Shown here: one piece after another, positions 62,661 to 64,000 of the stretch
How positions within the stretch are numbered: position 1 is the stretch's first letter
Layout: every line of letters begins with the position of its first letter
Source of the DNA: Hypanus sabinus
Taxonomy: Eukaryota
Direction: 5' to 3'
NCBI RefSeq assembly: GCF_030144855.1
Contig: NC_082721.1
Coordinates: forward strand, 43,958,001-44,022,000
DNA: 64,000 bases
Made by a program: the position numbers and the translations under genes
Notes under the pieces: model-generated
What the model was told of the DNA's origin: nothing
The model's input: the letters and a program-made list of their open reading frames with translations, nothing else
Databases searched by the model: none

Positions 62661-63004
62661 CTGTAACAAAGAGCTTGGTCCCTGGGCCGAACATGTAATA
62701 ACTGCTCGATGAAACCCACTTTTCGCAGTTATAGACGGCAGCGTCATTCAGCTCCACATTTTTTATGTTTACCTGGTAAATGGTGCCGGCGCTGTTGACT
62801 GCCGACGTGAAACGGTCGCTGCTGAAGCCAGGCCCATAGGTCGGGGCGCTGAGTGAGTCAAGGTAGTACAGGATCCATTGTGGAACCGTTCCCGGTGTCT
62901 GCTTGTACCAAAATCCTTTGTTCCGATGTCACATTCCAGCGCGGCCGTGGCTCCTGGACGCACCGACACGGTCGGAGGCTGAGTCAAAGTCTGGCATTCT
63001 CCAG
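62661..63004 (-). pseudogene. Ig light-chain V-J fused exon
   Basis: (S)GECQTLTQPPTVSVRPGATAALECDIGTKD / frameshift / WYKQTPGTVPQWILYY...DAAVYNCEKWVSSSSYYMFGPGTKLFVT, then donor G|GTAACT. No heptamer/nonamer between V and J. Confidence 0.92.
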
Positions 63005-63108
63005 CTGTAAAAAAACAGGAATTCAGCTTTAACCATTGACTGTTTAATGTGTCCCCTGAAGCCCACATCAACAACCGCTGGTGGTGCAGACATTCTGCCT
63101 GTACTTAC

Positions 63109-63157
63109 AGCCCAGCCACATTGCCAGAGACCAGAAAAAGCACAACGTCCGTATCAT
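63109..63157 (-). CDS. Ig leader (signal peptide) exon
   Basis: ATG...MIRTLCFFWSLAMWLG plus 1 nt, donor GTAAGT, 104-nt intron, acceptor tttttttacag. Confidence 0.88.
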
Positions 63158-63234
63158 TGCTGTCCGTCAGCCTCCTACGTCCCTTCAAGCCGATGGATCC
63201 GTGACAGACTGTGGCTGCCGTCTCCAATGGTACC

Positions 63235-63279
63235 TATTTATTGAGGCGTTCATACCAGGGAGGAAACCCATGCAAATCA
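63235..63279 (-). promoter_or_regulatory. IgL promoter: decamer/octamer plus TATA-like box
   Basis: TGATTTGCAT (63279-63270) is the light-chain-orientation decamer. AATAAATA (63242-63235) lies ~28 nt downstream and ~80 nt before the ATG. Confidence 0.85.
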
Positions 63280-63304
63280 GGGCTACTCACACTGACTAAC
63301 CAGA

Positions 63305-63545
63305 GCAACACACACAAAATTCCCGAGGAACTCAGCAGGTCAGGCAGGATCTAGGAAAACAGTATCATCGCCGTTTCGGGCCGAAAGCCTTTGGTAATAT
63401 TTGTCCGCTTCTCTGTCCTACACCGGATTCACGCTTTCAATCTCTATTCACTCTTTCCCAAAATGCTGCCTTTCCTGCCGAGTTCCTCCGGTATTTTGCG
63501 AGTGTTGCTCAGATTTCCAGCATCTGCAGATTTTCTCTTGTTTCT
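63305..63545. repeat. Penelope-derived foldback immediately upstream of the IgL promoter
   Basis: gcaacacacacaaaattcccgaggaactcagcagg (63305-63350) pairs with cctgccgagttcctccggtattttgcgagtgttgc (63474-63508). Decayed tttcgggccgaaa between the arms. Confidence 0.75.
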
Positions 63546-64000
63546 GATCAACTAGAACAAAGTATTTGAAACCTTCCTATTCACCGTCTCACACTATCAG
63601 CATGAGGCGGTGTCACTGGTGGCAAAAGCCAGATCAGTTGATAAAACCAAAGTGTATGAACAGACTTTTCTGTGTCCAATATCTCCCAAATTTGAACAGA
63701 GGGATGCCGATACAAAGGTCCGTGTCCTCTTTTGTCCCCAGCTAACGTGTAATAGACAACCCTCAGATCTACAGGTTGCGACGAAGTGCTGCTGGAAGCT
63801 CGGTGGGAGACTGATGAACGCTGCCGACTGCGCAGTCCAGCAGTACGTGCATTGTAGTCGGTGCAGCCAAAGTTAAAACTGCACAGGCTGGAAAGACTCT
63901 TGATCAATTAAAGGAGAATCTCCAGGGGGAGCCACATGAGTGGCGATCGTGCCATGTTTGTGTGTACTTTTTAAAGTTCATCTCACTGAATATCATAATC

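Larger units (their letters stand above)
61166..63157 (-). pseudogene. Immunoglobulin light-chain cluster (sigma-like isotype), germline-joined L-VJ-C, frameshifted in CDR1
   Basis: Leader 63109-63157, VJ 62661-63004 and C 61166-61488, all with canonical phase-1 GT-AG junctions. Long CDR2 (WILYYLDSLSAPTYGPGFSSDRF) and C motifs SKLSVG and VQQG are sigma-like. VJ exon is 344 nt, i.e. 1 nt short of frame (mod 3). Confidence 0.88.

Noticed and set aside
61166-63157. Retrotransposed (processed) origin of the joined VJ
   Set aside because: The leader intron, J-C intron and upstream promoter are all present, and there is no poly-A or TSD.

Overview
Repeat-dense vertebrate genomic DNA. The repeat families and the immunoglobulin gene point to a cartilaginous fish, probably a ray or skate (inference). 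Most of the window is nested, decayed transposable elements: many CR1 LINEs, two L1/Tx1-like LINEs, RTE, Rex1/Babar-like LINEs, one Penelope element plus short Penelope-derived foldbacks with hammerhead-ribozyme-like cores, an internally deleted Gypsy element, solo LTRs, hAT/Buster and Tc1/mariner/Tigger DNA elements. The only host gene I can support is a minus-strand immunoglobulin light-chain cluster at 61166-63157, most similar to the sigma isotype. It has a decamer/TATA promoter, a leader exon, a V already fused to J with no RSS, a 1.17-kb J-C intron and an intact C exon. The VJ exon carries a CDR1 frameshift and a YYC-to-YNC change, so as written it is a pseudogene. Other notable structure: an old segmental duplication (about 29.2-32.8 kb vs 54.8-60.0 kb), an inversion with a ~210-bp inverted duplication of an L1/LTR junction (2903-3970), an orphan CpG island with candidate splice signals (47.1-48.1 kb) and CpG retention over the IgL cluster. 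No rRNA, tRNA gene or CRISPR array is supported. TE boundaries are approximate unless a TSD or TIR is quoted, and identities are by-eye estimates.
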